DNA of 63,569 nt, filler included, from Octopus bimaculoides (GCF_001194135.2; 6 parts of 6 records of this genome joined end to end with filler, not necessarily neighbours in it), one strand, 5' to 3'. Positions 13,265 through 27,112 are shown, counted from the whole stretch's first letter. Program-made: numbers and translations. Notes: generated by a model from the letters alone, not told the origin.

Positions 13265-14370
13265 NNNNNNNNNNNNNNNNNNNNNNNNNNNNNNNNNNNN
13301 NNNNNNNNTATTTACATTTACATACACAGACATACGCACATACAAGCATTTACGTACACACACACACACATACATATATGTATGTATATATATATGTATG
13401 TATGTATATATGTATGTATGTATATATGTTTGTATGTATATATGTTTGTATGTATATATGTATGTATGCATATAGGTATGTATGTATGTATATGTATATG
13501 TATATATATATATATATGTATGTGTATATGTATGTATGTGTATATGTATACACATGTATGTATGTATCTATCTATCTATATATATATATGTATGTATGTA
13601 TATATATATGTATGTATGTATATATGCTCTACTTTAAACTGGTGCATGTAAATTCACACCCACACCTACGTATGTTAAAGACCACACATGTGAATACGCA
13701 AAGTATATGCAAAACATGCAAAGTGCTTGAGTCGTCGGTGTCAGATGCAATGACTTGCGTTCTGAGTTCAAATTCAGCCGTGGTCGACTGTGTTATTATT
13801 GTTTTTGTTTTTGTTTTTTTTTAAATCCTTCTGAAGAGAAAAAATAAAGTACTAATCTAGGGCAGGGACCTGGTGGAAAGAAAGTATTGTAGAAGATACC
13901 CTGCGGTATTGAATCAGTGTCATCTATGTTCAAATCGTGCTGAGATTTAATCCGTTACCTGTTTTAAGGAACCACCTGAGTGCTTAGGCAGAATCTCCTC
14001 TGCGACAAGGGTCTGCAGCAGGTCCTAAGTGCACGTGCTTGACACGGAGATCATTGACACTTGCCTTTCCTACTGTACGTATTGAAAAAAGAAAAAAGTA
14101 TGTAATATTTTGTATACGCAAATATACGCGCGCGCGCGCTTCATTACGTATGTCTTATTTTTTTCTTTTATGATGCTTGTTTCAGTCATTGAATGCGGTC
14201 ATGCAGGAGCAGCGCCTTCATGAGTTGAGACGAACTAATCAACTCCAATACCTATTTTTATATCTATTAATAATTCTATCGGTCGCTATTGCCGAACCGC
14301 TATGTTACGGGGACGTAAACAAACCAGCAGTGGTTGTCGAGTGGTGGTGTGAGACAAACACACACAAATA

Positions 14371-14425
<55 letters not shown>

Positions 14426-14727
14426 CACAGACACACACATATACATACATGCATACCTACACACACATGAGCAAGAATATCCCATTACAGTGTGTAATCA
14501 TCCGGGAAAGTGACCCAGGTTCGATATTCTGATAAGGTCTCGGGGAATGGTAAGAATTCTATATAATCTTATTCTTACACATTTTCTGAAATCAATAGCG
14601 TTGATCACTGGCAGATAGTCAGGAAATGTCAATATTGACTCTGTTTATCGCATCGGTGCTACAAACTTACATAAACACACATACACTCATTTGTATGGAC
14701 ATAGTTTGTGTAATAAAGATACACCGT

Positions 14728-14938
14728 AAGGCGGCGAGCAGATAGAGTCGTTACTGCACCGGACGAAATGCTTAGCAGTATTTCGTCTGTCTTTACGATC
14801 TGCGTTTAAATTCCGCCGAGGTCAACTTTGCCTTTCATCCTTTAAATTAAGTACCTGTTGCGTATTGGGGTCGATCTAATCGACTGTCCCCCCCCCCATC
14901 ACCAAATTTTAGGCCTTGTTCCTATAGTAGAAAGGAAT
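14728..14938 (+). mobile_element. SINE family A copy
   Basis: Same head and CTTTGCCTTTCATCC core as 21598-21825. Confidence 0.8.
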
Positions 14939-15448
14939 AAAGATATGCCGAATTATCTTTTAAAGTTTAATAGAGTTAAGATCGATCAGCATGAGAGTTG
15001 AACACGGAACTCAAAGGAATTTAACTAAATGCCTTATGATATACGTTTATGTGGCTCCACCGTTTGTGGTAAACATGGACATAAAGTGTATGTGACCGTT
15101 ACTGGCGCCTGCGTATTTTGAACGCATTAAACTTCTGCCCTTTTTTAAAGTGTGATAACGCCTATACCACGGAATAGGAATATTTATAACTTTTGGGTGC
15201 ATCTGTTCTGCGAGTTGGTTTTTTTTGTTTCAGGTTGGAGCATTTTAACTTCTATTGTATCTCAAGCACTTTTAGTCAGAGTCACCACAGCAACAATTTC
15301 TCATTTGTCCATCTCTCTATCAAAAACTTTCGGATCCAGCTTACATTTCTTTTTAAATAGATGGATGGATGGATGGATGGATAGATGGATGGATGGTGGT
15401 TTATAGAATCGTGAGGACGAAATAGCTTCTAGGATTTTGTTACATCCT

Positions 15449-15645
15449 AGGACGGTGAGCTGGAAGAATCGATAGCACGGCATTTCGTCCGTCTTTATTT
15501 TCTGAGGTCAAATTCTGTCGAGGTCGACTTTGCCTTTCATCCTTTCGGGGTCGATAAAATAAGTACTAGTTGAGCACTAGGACCAATGTAATCGACTTTT
15601 CCTCTTCCCTGAACTTGCTGGTCTTGTGCCAAAATTTGAAATCAG
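15449..15645 (+). mobile_element. SINE family A copy
   Basis: Same core, ending GGTCTTGTGCCAAAATTTGAAA. Confidence 0.8.
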
Positions 15646-17701
15646 TATATTGTTACATCTATCCATTGACGTATCTGAATTATTTAAATCTCATCTGGAT
15701 CGAGTTTGTTTTTCGTTTCTCCAGGATTCACAAAGTAAACTACGAATGAAATAGTGGAATTGATTGGCCCATTATCAATAGCCTTCTATCGATTTCGACT
15801 ACAAGTATTTTAGGTGTTCGAACTGTCAATTCATTGAATTAAAGTTTAAGCGGTTGAGTATTCAACAGACTCTTAACTCAGGCTAGAAGTGTTAAGGAGA
15901 GTCCCGTCGCAACATGCCGCAACCCTTCCTAAATATATCCACAGAGCCCCCTTGAATTTAAGAGAGGACACTTCGTCCTGAAGTTCAAAAGCAATCTTAT
16001 TTTGCTATTCAAAATTTGTTTCTGAGGCTCTGCCTTTTAACATAGTTATTTTCACACAAAATCAGTGAGACACAATGCGTGACCGAATTTTAGTCACAAG
16101 ACTTTTACGGAACGTGGCTACGGTAAGAGACGTCATATAATGCACCCGAACCCGGGACCCCATGATTGCGAAGTGAGCATCTAAACCACTCGCTCGTTTT
16201 TGTATCCATAATCGACTTCTTTCTCTCTTAAAATTAATATTTGTAATATATATAACATGTTAGAAATTTTTTTTAACATTCTATATTAGTAGCAATTACG
16301 GTAGAATTGTTTGCTTGTTTTTGTTTTTTCCTTTTTGTTTCAATTTAACTAACTGACTTCACGCGTAAAATGGAATCAAAGTACATTCTTTAGTGTGCAT
16401 GTCCCTTGGCATTGCCGCTTTGATTTCAGATCCTCACAAGGGCAACTCTGCTCTCCATTCCTCTGAGGTCGTAAAACATAACTGGCAGAAAAGAATTCAG
16501 TTTACTATTATATCTTTCCCTTAGGAAAAGTGAAAAAAAAAAAATGATTTTGTTTCTTAGAAAACGAAATCATTTTTATCGTTTATGAGAATATTCATGT
16601 TATGGTTGTTATTGTTTAGTCCAGGTTTAACCTTGGTTAAGCAGCCCTAAGAACAAGTGTACACCAACCATAATCATCCCATCTTATTTTTCTTTTAGAT
16701 AGCAGAAGGCTAATATGAAGGAAATTTAGTTGCTCATTCTAGCAGATGGATTGTCACGTAGAGACTCCCTCGTCTGAAGCATTTGTGACTATAATTGTTG
16801 TTGTTATAGTTGTTGTTATGTAGTCTCGGTCAGCTTGATCAGCCAAACATTCCTAAAGGAGTTCCAGCTGTGACTATACTATCTTTTTCCTCTATTGTAC
16901 CAAAGACCACATTATCTAACATGTCCTTTTTTAAGGCAGTAAGGTGTAATTTGTGGTAAGTTTAGTTGCTATTTCATGCATGCCAAACAACCGTAGAAAA
17001 CCACCTTTGTCAGTTCATTAAGAATATCGGGTTCGTGGTGTCGTGATGTAATGGCTAACATATCTGTGTAAACGGTGGGAAGAATTTCAAAATTGGCGTG
17101 AACATGAAATGTTTGTTTATTCTTTTGAAACAATGAATGATATAAACGCTTGAACGACGAATACAATGCCTGGTGCTATTTAGTCACGTCCTTTAACGTT
17201 TTCATTTCAAATCACACTGAGATTAATTTTGCCTTTTATCCATTGAGGAAAAGAGGATAAAATAAATAGCAGTCAAGTAACGAAGTCGATACCATCGGTT
17301 GATCCTTTCTCTATAATCAGTGATCTTGAGCCTATGTCAGAAACCCTTAAGATTCTGACATTGGCACAAGGTCACTGAGATGTTAATGGAGAATTGTATA
17401 GACTAGTGGAGAATTGTATAGACAAAAGTGTCTGTTTGTGATGTCATGTTACTAAATAGTGAAATGAAAATGGTCTCAATATGGGTGTTGGCGTGTGTAT
17501 GTGTGTGTGAGCAGGCGTGGCTGGGGTAAGAAGTTTGCTTCCCAACCACATGGTTCCGGGTTCAGTACCTCCACATACACACATGCATGCACAGACACAA
17601 ACACTTACCCCCACCCACGCGCACCACACACACATACACACACGCGCGCGCACATACACACACACACGGAAATACGCACACGCTGACATGTTCATAAAGC
17701 C

Positions 17702-17739
<38 letters not shown>

Positions 17740-18659
17740 ATATGTATGTATATATCTGAGTATACGAAGGAAAGTTTAAGATAGACTTTTGAGGCGTTCA
17801 TACTTTCCTAGGAACATCAACAGCTTTAACGAAGTGAGAAAGCATCAACCGTGAATTCGGATCGGATCTCAAACTCAACCCTACGGAGTTTACCGTTATT
17901 CTACAGAACGTATGTGTGTACTTCCACACACTCACACACACACACATGCATGCACAGGCACAAACACTCACCTCCACACACACACGCCAACACATGGAAA
18001 CCCACACACGCAGACATGTTCATAAAACCATCGCCAAATCTTTAGCGTTCTTCTATTTAATAAAATTTACTTACAAGGTTTCCGGTTTGAGGATATCTCG
18101 ATCTATAAATGTGCCGCTTCCTAATATAACATGGGTAACGTCCATGAGCTGAATAAGTCATGGGCATCACGATATCATTAGCTTTTTGCTCTCTTATTGT
18201 TGTTGTTCTTACTGAAGACGTGTGGCTTAGAAATCAGGGTATTTGGCTCACGATTGTAAGGTCATAAGCTCGGTACAAGCCAGCGCATTGTGTCCTTGGG
18301 TAGAGACGCTTTTATTTCACATTACCTCAGTCCACTCGGCTGGCAAAAATGAGTTGTAATTCAAAGGACTGACCTTGTCGTATTCTGTATTACGCTGAAT
18401 CTCCTGAGAACTACGCTCAGTGTACGCGTGTCTGTAGAGTACTCAGCCACTTGCATGTTAATTTCACGAGCAGACTGTTCCGTAGATGAGATCGACTGGA
18501 ACCTTCGTCGTCGTCACCGGCAGAGTCTTAATCTAATTGATTAGTTCCACGTAATCAGCGACTAGTTCAATTACAGCCAACAAAACAGTTGTTATATCCA
18601 TGATTACGTTATCTAATATGTTGTTCCACCCACTTTTTTAAGGACGGTATCATGTTATT

Positions 18660-19078
18660 TGAGGAGTTCTTCTGGCTCTTTACGTTCTGAATTCAAATTC
18701 CACACCCAGGTTCGACTTTACCTTTCATCCTGAAACTTATTTTATCGATCCTGAAAGGTCGATAAAATAAGTTTCAGTTCAACACTGAGGTCGATGTAAT
18801 CAACTTACCCTCTTCCATAAAATTTCAGGCCTTATGCCTCCAGTAGAAAGAATAAAAAAGGCGCCGAGCTGACGGAATCTTTAGCACGACAAATAAAAAT
18901 GCTTAGCTGCATTTCTACCGGCTTTACCTTCTGAGTTTGAATTCCGCCAAGGTCAACTTTATCTTTCAGCCTTCTGAGGTCGATGAAATAAGTATCTGTT
19001 GAGCACTAGGGTCGATACAATTGACTGGCCTACCCACCCCAAAAGACATTTCAAGCATTGTGCCTATATTAGAAAGAC
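18660..19078 (+). mobile_element. Two head-to-tail SINE family A copies
   Basis: Core repeated at about 18680-18850 and 18858-19078. Confidence 0.75.
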
Positions 19079-19519
19079 TTGTCACCTGAGGGAAATTTTG
19101 CTGGTATTTCTAGCATATCGAGCGACTGCATAGAGAGTGCCTCCTTCACAAACTCAGTACTTGATACGAAACACTTGTTGTTATGGCCATGCCGGAACCA
19201 GTACCACGTGTTAGTTACTGCATTCTTTCAATGGCTGTTAATGGTTATTTGTTTTATTTTTATTGTGTAGTATTGTTTCCTCTGTCGTTGCTATTTACCG
19301 TTATTGCTTATTATAACAACATCAGTTCATTGTATTAGTTTTTCTTTCAAAATATAGATCCTGCGCTGAAAATAAATCGTTTTACAAAATGCAAACAATG
19401 AAATGTATCCATAATAAGAGGAGAGAATATATAAACAACTGCTCACACACACACACTTAGACTCGTACGAATACACATATTCATACAGACACAAGTACAC
19501 ACGCACACACACGCGCACG

Positions 19520-19748
19520 TGCACTCGTTACGCTGCTTTGTGCATATGAAAACTAATTTCTACCTTGCCTATTTTTCTCTCTCTCCCCCTCTCTCTCTTT
19601 CTTTCCGCATACGCTCGCAAACACGCGCGCCCACACACACACACAAACACACGCACTCGTTACATTGCTTTGTACATATGAATACTAATTTCAACCTTTC
19701 CTACCTTTCTCTCTCTCTGCACACGTGCGCACATACACGCACGCACGC

Positions 19749-19789
<41 letters not shown>

Positions 19790-19900
19790 ACATTGTTTTG
19801 TGGATATGAACACTAATTGCTACCTTCCTCACTTGTCCCTCTTCTCCCTCTCTCTCTCTTTCTCTTTCTGTATACGCACATACGCACGCACACACACACA

Positions 19901-19945
<45 letters not shown>
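19520..19945. repeat. About 132-bp tandem minisatellite, three units
   Basis: CGTTAC..TGC/GTTT(T)GT..ATATGAA.ACTAATT core recurs at about 19520, 19652 and 19784, each followed by (CT)n and (CA)n. Confidence 0.8.
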
Positions 19946-19946
<1 letters not shown>

Positions 19947-19974
19947 AATTCAACATGTGCAACTGTTAATGCAA

Positions 19975-20100
19975 GCACGTTTCTTTTCCAATTACCTCTC
20001 TCCATCTGTTTTCTCTCCTCATTCCTTTCTGCGGAAGTGCATAGGCTCGAAACGTCGAAGACTTTTCCATTTTTCCTGAGTATCAAACTTTAACTGTCTC
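19975..20100 (+). mobile_element. Penelope-like terminal fragment
   Basis: CTTTCTGCGGAAGTGCATAGGCTCGAAACGTCGAAGACTTT, homologous to 42030-42068 in the opposite orientation. Confidence 0.55.
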
Positions 20101-20429
20101 TGTTTCTTTCTTTTTTTTTTTTTTTTTTTTTTTGTACAATTTTGAACCATGAAATAGGCAGAAATAATGTTTATAAATAACACACATACATTTATAAATA
20201 AATGAATGTATATAGCCGATTATTTCTGTCTATTTTATGTATAACTGTAAAAGCATACCAGATAAACTAGGTATTGGAACCTTGGATTTATAAATTTTCC
20301 TGGTGATTGACTTTAGTTTGGATTACAAGGAATGCAAGATCGATCACAAGGCTTTTTAGTTACTCTGGCGTATATCAATTTACAGAAAGCTTTAGAAATA
20401 TTTCGCTTGGATTACTAATACCTTATTAG

Positions 20430-20652
20430 CTACTCTTTGGACTGCAGCTTTTTTACAGCACAGCCTGACAGGTTTTGGTCGAACAAATCGACCCCAGTAC
20501 TCACTTTTTTGAAAGCCTCGTAGTTATTCAGTCGGACACTTTCAAGAAGCTGCTAAGTTACATAGACTTAAAAAAAAAACAGTCCCGGTTGTTAAGCGGT
20601 GGTGTGGATAAACACAAACGCAAAGACACACACGCGTAAATGTATACATACA

Positions 20653-20686
<34 letters not shown>

Positions 20687-20931
20687 CATACATACATAAA
20701 TACATACATAAATACATACCTATATAAACAACGGGTCCCTTTCAGTTTTCGTCTACCATACACAAGATTTTGGCCGGCCCAGTGGGCTATAGTTGAACCC
20801 GGAACCATGTGACTGGGGAACAAACTTCTTACCACACAATCACGCATGCGCAAGTGTCTTCTACTATAGCTCTGGGCAGACCAAAGTCACGTGAATGGAT
20901 TTGGTAGCCGGAAACTGAAAGAAGCCCGTTG

Positions 20932-20964
<33 letters not shown>

Positions 20965-20967
20965 ATA
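20430..20967. mobile_element. SINE family B copy (-) with an adjacent opposite-orientation partial copy (+)
   Basis: Minus copy about 20430-20850; plus fragment CAAGTGTCTTCTACTATAGC..GGAAACTGAAAGAAGCCCG about 20851-20930, then (TA)n and a gap. Confidence 0.75.
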
Positions 20968-21368
20968 NNNNNNNNNNNNNNNNNNNNNNNNNNNNNNNNN
21001 NNNNNNNNNNNNNNNNNNNNNNNNNNNNNNNNNNNNNNNNNNNNNNNNNNNNNNNNNNNNNNNNNNNNNNNNNNNNNNNNNNNNNNNNNNNNNNNNNNNN
21101 NNNNNNNNNNNNNNNNNNNNNNNNNNNNNNNNNNNNNNNNNNNNNNNNNNNNNNNNNNNNNNNNNNNNNNNNNNNNNNNNNNNNNNNNNNNNNNNNNNNN
21201 NNNNNNNNNNNNNNNNNNNNNNNNNNNNNNNNNNNNNNNNNNNNNNNNNNNNNNNNNNNNNNNNNNNNNNNNNNNNNNNNNNNNNNNNNNNNNNNNNNNN
21301 NNNNNNNNNNNNNNNNNNNNNNNNNNNNNNNNNNNNNNNNNNNNNNNNNNNNNNNNNNNNNNNNNNNN

Positions 21369-21399
<31 letters not shown>

Positions 21400-21597
21400 G
21401 CACACAGACATATACGTGTGTGTATGTACGTGTGTACGCAATTTTACTCAAAACGTATAGGTAGGTGGACCCGTGTCTATAGAAAGTGACATTTGCCCAA
21501 GATGCCACACAGTGGAATCGAAACCGAGAGCTTGCGGTCCCGAACAGCGAGCTTCTTAACCACTTACCCGTACAGTGGCTACACACAAACACACACG

Positions 21598-21825
21598 CAC
21601 GAGCTGGCAGAAACGTTAGCACGCCGGACGAAATGCTTAGCGGTATTTCGTCTGCTGCTACGTTCTGAGTTCAAATTCCGCCGGGGTCGACTTTGCCTTT
21701 CATCCTTTCGGGGTTGATTAAATAAGTACCAGTTACGCACTGAGGTTGATATAATCGACTTAATCCGTTTGTCTGTCCTTGTTTGTCCCCTCTGTGTGTA
21801 GCCCCTTGTGAGTAGTAAAGAAATA
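21598..21825 (+). mobile_element. SINE family A, best-preserved copy
   Basis: GAGCTGGCAGAAACGTTAGCACGCCGG..GAGTTCAAATTCC..GTCGACTTTGCCTTTCATCCTTTCGGGG: A/B-box-like head plus a core repeated more than 10 times in the window. Confidence 0.85.
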
Positions 21826-22266
21826 ACATACACACGCACAATATGTCCTTTCGTACTCTGTGTTTTAGTGGTTCAACAAATGGAGGCTAACGACCAACTG
21901 GTGTCGATGTAACTGACTAAAAAAACCTTCAAGACGGAAGCCAAACATAGTCGCTGTCAAATTTTTGAAACTAGGAACATAGAACATAGTATAGAACAGA
22001 ATGAATAGTATGTATATATAAATGAAGAATGAACGAAAGAAGTAAAAAGAGAGGATATAAAGTTAACACACATGCATTTATAAATGTAATCAACCACGTT
22101 TCCTTTCTGTGGTATACGACCACATGAACCGGAAGGAACTTGGAAATCATTTTCTTAAAACAATATATATGTATATTTGTATATATACATATATACATAC
22201 ACATATATTTTTATATGTACACATGCATATATGTATATATATATACGTGTGTGTATATATATATAC

Positions 22267-22316
<50 letters not shown>

Positions 22317-22869
22317 GTATATATATATAAATATATATATATATGTATATATATATATGTATATATGTATATATATATATGTATATATGTATATGTTTAT
22401 ATGCATGTATGCATATGTGTGTATATGTATGTATATATATATCTATATATCCATATGTATTTACTCTTGTGTGTGTGTGTAATAGGTATACTGATAAATA
22501 CATGCATATGTGTGTATGTGTACAAAAAAAGACAGAATAGAAGATAGATAGATGCCTTTGTGTGTCAGAGGAGAAAATGAAAGGAGTGTGAGAGGGGGAA
22601 AGTGAGAAAGATAGAGAGGGAGAGAGAGAGAGAGAGAGAAATTGGGAGGGAGGGAGAGATTCAGAATGGGAAAGGGAAAGAGAGATTGGGGAGATATAGC
22701 TTTCCATTCATGCTTGAAAAATCTCGCAAAAATACGTAAATAAATATGAACATGTACAAATAAATAAAGTGAAAGAAAATTATAACCGTATTACCGACCT
22801 ACTTCGCCATCAATTTCTCATTTTCCTAGTTCAAGTGGTCACCATTAACTTTCTTTTACGGGTTTTCAG

Positions 22870-23064
22870 TCAACCTTCAAGCGTTATAGATACGCCTTAT
22901 CAAGCTACACATTCACCTTCCTATGACCCGGTCCCCAGCGAACTTAAGGAGAGCTATTCAACTTCAAACACACAATCACAGGAAGACAGACATTCAATTT
23001 TAAAAGGCGCGTTAAATATGCCTAACTCCAAGCACGATATCAAAATATGTGAATACCCTGACAC
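22870..23064 (+). CDS. Candidate coding exon, S/T/P-rich low-complexity peptide (cytoplasmic-tail-like)
   Basis: Acceptor TTAACTTTCTTTTACGGGTTTTCAG. Only phase 2 is open: QPSSVIDTPYQATHSPSYDPVPSELKESYSTSNTQSQEDRHSILKGALNMPNSKHDIKICEYPDT. It ends at donor AC|GTAACT (195 nt, symmetric phase) or at TAA 23066-23068. Unique, non-repeat sequence; an alternative acceptor lies near 22829. Confidence 0.55.
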
Positions 23065-23793
23065 GTAACTACATACATACATACATACATACATACATAC
23101 ATACATACATACATACATACATAAATACACACGCATACATACATACACATAAATACACATGCATACATACATACACATAAATACACATACATACATAGAT
23201 TTACATTCAAATTTATACTAATAATCATTGGCGCATTTGGTTACGTTAGTAAATGTCGACGCGACAATATAAAGAAAGCTAGGGTTTTCAAGCCACATGA
23301 ACTTTAGCGATACAATCTGTAAGTGGAACAGTAGANNNNNNNNNNNNNNNNNNNNNNNNNNNNNNNNNNNNNNNNNNNNNNNNNNNNNNNNNNNNNNNNN
23401 NNNNNNNNNNNNNNNNNNNNNNNNNNNNNNNNNNNNNNNNNNNNNNNNNNNNNNNNNNNNNNNNNNNNNNNNNNNNNNNNNNNNNNNNNNNNNNNNNNNN
23501 NNNNNNNNNNNNNNNNNNNNNNNNNNNNNNNNNNNNNNNNNNNNNNNNNNNNNNNNNNNNNNNNNNNNNNNNNNNNNNNNNNNNNNNNNNNNNNNNNNNN
23601 NNNNNNNNNNNNNNNNNNNNNNNNNNNNNNNNNNNNNNNNNNNNNNNNNNNNNNNNNNNNNNNNNNNNNNNNNNNNNNNNNNNNNNNNNNNNNNNNNNNN
23701 NNNNNNNNNNNNNNNNNNNNNNNNNNNNNNNNNNNNNNNNNNNNNNNNNNNNNNNNNNNNNNNNNNNNNNNNNNNNNNNNNNNNNNNNNNNNN

Positions 23794-24108
23794 TTAACGT
23801 GCAAGTGGTTGAGCACTCCACAGACACGTGTACCCTTAATGTAGTTCTCGGGGATATTCAGCGTGACACAGTGTGACACAGTGTGACAAGGCTGACCCTT
23901 TGAATTACAGGCACAATAGAAACAGGAAGTAAGAGTGAAAGTTGTGGTGAAAGAGTACAGCAGAGTTCGCCACCATCCCCTGCCGGAGCCTCGTGGAGCT
24001 TTAGGTGGTTTCGCTCAATAAACACTCACAACGCCCGGTCTGGGAATTGAAACCGCGATCCTATGACCGCGAGTTCGCTGCCCTAACCACTGGGCCATTG
24101 CGCCTCCA
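23794..24108 (-). mobile_element. SINE family C (tRNA-derived head)
   Basis: Minus strand GTGGAGGCGCAATGGCCCAGTGGTTAGGGCAG..GGTTTCAATTCC carries A- and B-box-like motifs, followed by a non-tRNA body. A diverged + copy lies at about 18215-18530. Confidence 0.85.
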
Positions 24109-24529
24109 CTCACGCACGCAGTTATATGTAAATATGAAATGAGTACGCATATGCATAAGTAGTAGTGAAGCGAGTGCGCACACATACACAAGGTTGTGTA
24201 CTCAGGTGACCCTTACACACATTACGTACGTGCAAGTTTATCAATACAAGCATACATATATACAAACACTAATTTACATATTTATAAACACCAAGAATTT
24301 GCTGTCACTTATACAAGATCATTGTCACGTTCTTAGTGACCAGACTGAATTATGCAAAGGAAAAACTTAAATAAATACTACAGAAATGTTCAAACCTTCC
24401 ATGAATATCCATAATATACCTTACACACATACACATATATGTGTGTACGCAAATACACACACACAAAGCAAACATACATATATGCATACGAACGTACATA
24501 CATACAATACATACTTATACTCTCTCTTT

Positions 24530-24715
24530 TACTCTTTTACTTGTTTCAGTCATTTGACTGTGGCCATGCTGGAGCACCGTCTTTAGTTGAGAAAATCAAC
24601 CCCTGGACTTATTCTTTGTAAGCCTAGTACTTATTCTATCGGTCTCTTTTGCCGAACCGCTAAGTTACGGGGACATAAACACACCAGCATCGGTTGTCAA
24701 GCAATGCTAGGGGGA

Positions 24716-24755
<40 letters not shown>

Positions 24756-24791
24756 TATATACGACGGGCTTCTTTCAGTTTCCGTCTACCA
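24530..24791 (-). mobile_element. SINE family B copy running into a gap
   Basis: TTTTACTTGTTTCAGTCATTTGACTGTGGCCATGCTGGAGCACCG..GCCGAACCGCTAAGTTACGGGGAC. Confidence 0.9.
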
Positions 24792-25665
24792 NNNNNNNNN
24801 NNNNNNNNNNNNNNNNNNNNNNNNNNNNNNNNNNNNNNNNNNNNNNNNNNNNNNNNNNNNNNNNNNNNNNNNNNNNNNNNNNNNNNNNNNNNNNNNNNNN
24901 NNNNNNNNNNNNNNNNNNNNNNNNNNNNNNNNNNNNNNNNNNNNNNNNNNNNNNNNNNNNNNNNNNNNNNNNNNNNNNNNNNNNNNNNNNNNNNNNNNNN
25001 NNNNNNNNNNNNNNNNNNNNNNNNNNNNNNNNNNNNNNNNNNNNNNNNNNNNNNNNNNNNNNNNNNNNNNNNNNNNNNNNNNNNNNNNNNNNNNNNNNNN
25101 NNNNNNNNNNNNNNNNNNNNNNNNNATATATGCGTATAAATTACGATTAAACCGGATGAAATATGTCACAGGGAATAACATTTTTATGACCGCCCAGCAG
25201 TAACTCTATTGAGCTGAATAGACGTCAGTGATTGGTTGAAATTACAGAAATACGACAACTTTAACATGGAATAACTTGCGAATTCCTTTTTTTGTTAAGA
25301 AGACTAAGAGTAAAAGATGTTTTATATGACACATTCTACCAGTGTCCCAAGTTTCAAAGTGTTTCGTTAGTGTTTCGTTAAGAAAATACTGGCGCCCCCG
25401 TTTTAAAATAGATCCCACTTGCCCAAGATCCAACGCAGTGGGACTGAACCCGGAACCATGTGGCTGGTAAGCAAGCTACTTACCACACCTACGCCTATAT
25501 ACATAGATCCATATATTTATTCATACATACATGCGGTGATGCAATGTCGAAGAGTATGAGACATTTCGACACCGTTGTTGTGTCACTGCCTACACAGCGT
25601 CACTGATTCAACGCTGACTTATTTGAAATCAGGCGTTTTAATGCTTCTTTCGTTATCTTCCCTCC

Positions 25666-25669
<4 letters not shown>

Positions 25670-25740
<71 letters not shown>
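25670..25740. repeat. (CT)n microsatellite within a longer pyrimidine tract
   Basis: Direct reading; the pyrimidine bias continues to about 25920. Confidence 0.98.
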
Positions 25741-25744
<4 letters not shown>

Positions 25745-26370
25745 ATATTTTTCTTTGTGCTTGAGGACAGGAAAAAGTTTATGTCAGTCGTGTTCAATTA
25801 ATAAATTGCTATTTTCTCTGTCTTCCCATCCTTCTTTCTCTCCTTCCTTCACTTTCTTCTTTCTCTCTCTCTCTCTCTCTCTCTCCATTTTGCTCCTCTC
25901 CCTCCTCTCCCCCTTTCTCTGCATGAGTATATTTCTGCACGTGCATGCTTTTGGTCCCGGCGCCGTAAAGTACTCTCATCAAAACAAACTGAATGTCCAG
26001 TTAGCTTTGTCACATCGTCTGCGACAAAACAGCTTCGCCATATCGTTTTATTACTGGTACTGACTGAAACGCCAAGACTAAAGAAGTTATGCGCAGTTTA
26101 AAAAAGAAATTGCATTCTCATATATATGCTCTCATGCATACGTGCACAGTAACACATTTACGAGAACAAACATGATACTAACTAAATTCAGCTTGTTTTA
26201 TATGGCTTAAATTTTAACTTTCCTGATATTTCCATGTTAGATGATATTGTGATATCAGTTAGAGCGGAAATTTACGGGATAAAAAAATATCACTCTCTCA
26301 GTTCCAAAGAGCGGAAGAAGGATTAAAAATTAACTTCATACATACATACATACATTTATACATACATACA

Positions 26371-26402
<32 letters not shown>

Positions 26403-26538
26403 CACATATACACATATATACATAGATGTATACATATACATATACATATATATATATATATATATACATACACATATATACACACATACATATATATATA
26501 TATATACATACATACAAATATATATGTATATATATGTG

Positions 26539-26570
<32 letters not shown>

Positions 26571-26606
26571 TATATGTATATATAAATGTATGTATAGATA
26601 CATATA

Positions 26607-26663
<57 letters not shown>

Positions 26664-27049
26664 CATCTTGAACATAAGCACGCACACACTTTTATGTGTA
26701 CACACGTACAATTATATGCATACATATACGTACAAACAAAATACCCTCAGATTTATAGAGATACACGGAATGATTAAATGTATCTAAATCTCTGGATTAT
26801 CTTTCCACAGCCTGAGGAATCTATTTCTGTTAGATAGAACAGTCGTAAATATACGAGGCTCACAAGCATCTGAAAATATTCTTGAGAAAAACTATATAAT
26901 AAGACAAGTTGTATTATACCGGAAATAATGTTTTCATTACTCCAAGATTTCAGGAGAACTTGCACTAACCCCAGTTCTAGAACTCTTCTAGATAACCAGC
27001 TTCTTTCTTCAGAGCCGTTCTTCATGGTACATTCTTTCGAATCCGCACG

Positions 27050-27112
<63 letters not shown>

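Noticed and set aside
13209-13308. TTAATTAATTAA palindrome recurring five times inside N runs
   Set aside because: The fixed 44N-12-44N format shows it is an assembly linker, not biology. The similar run at about 35306-35330 is an ordinary (TTAA)n tract in called sequence.
15233-15406. Strong T-rich acceptor followed by open frames
   Set aside because: There is no donor, the frames run into a (GGAT)n microsatellite and a SINE, and no domain is recognisable.
24030-24108. tRNA-like sequence with A and B boxes
   Set aside because: It continues directly into a repeated SINE body and lacks a convincing acceptor stem, so it is a SINE head rather than a tRNA gene.
26774-27106. Long open frames on both strands (minus: ..RRVLELGLVQVLLKSW..; plus: LRNLFLLDRTVVNIRGSQ..)
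   Set aside because: The two strands conflict, there is no recognisable domain, and neither has a complete convincing pair of splice sites. I could not support either as an exon.
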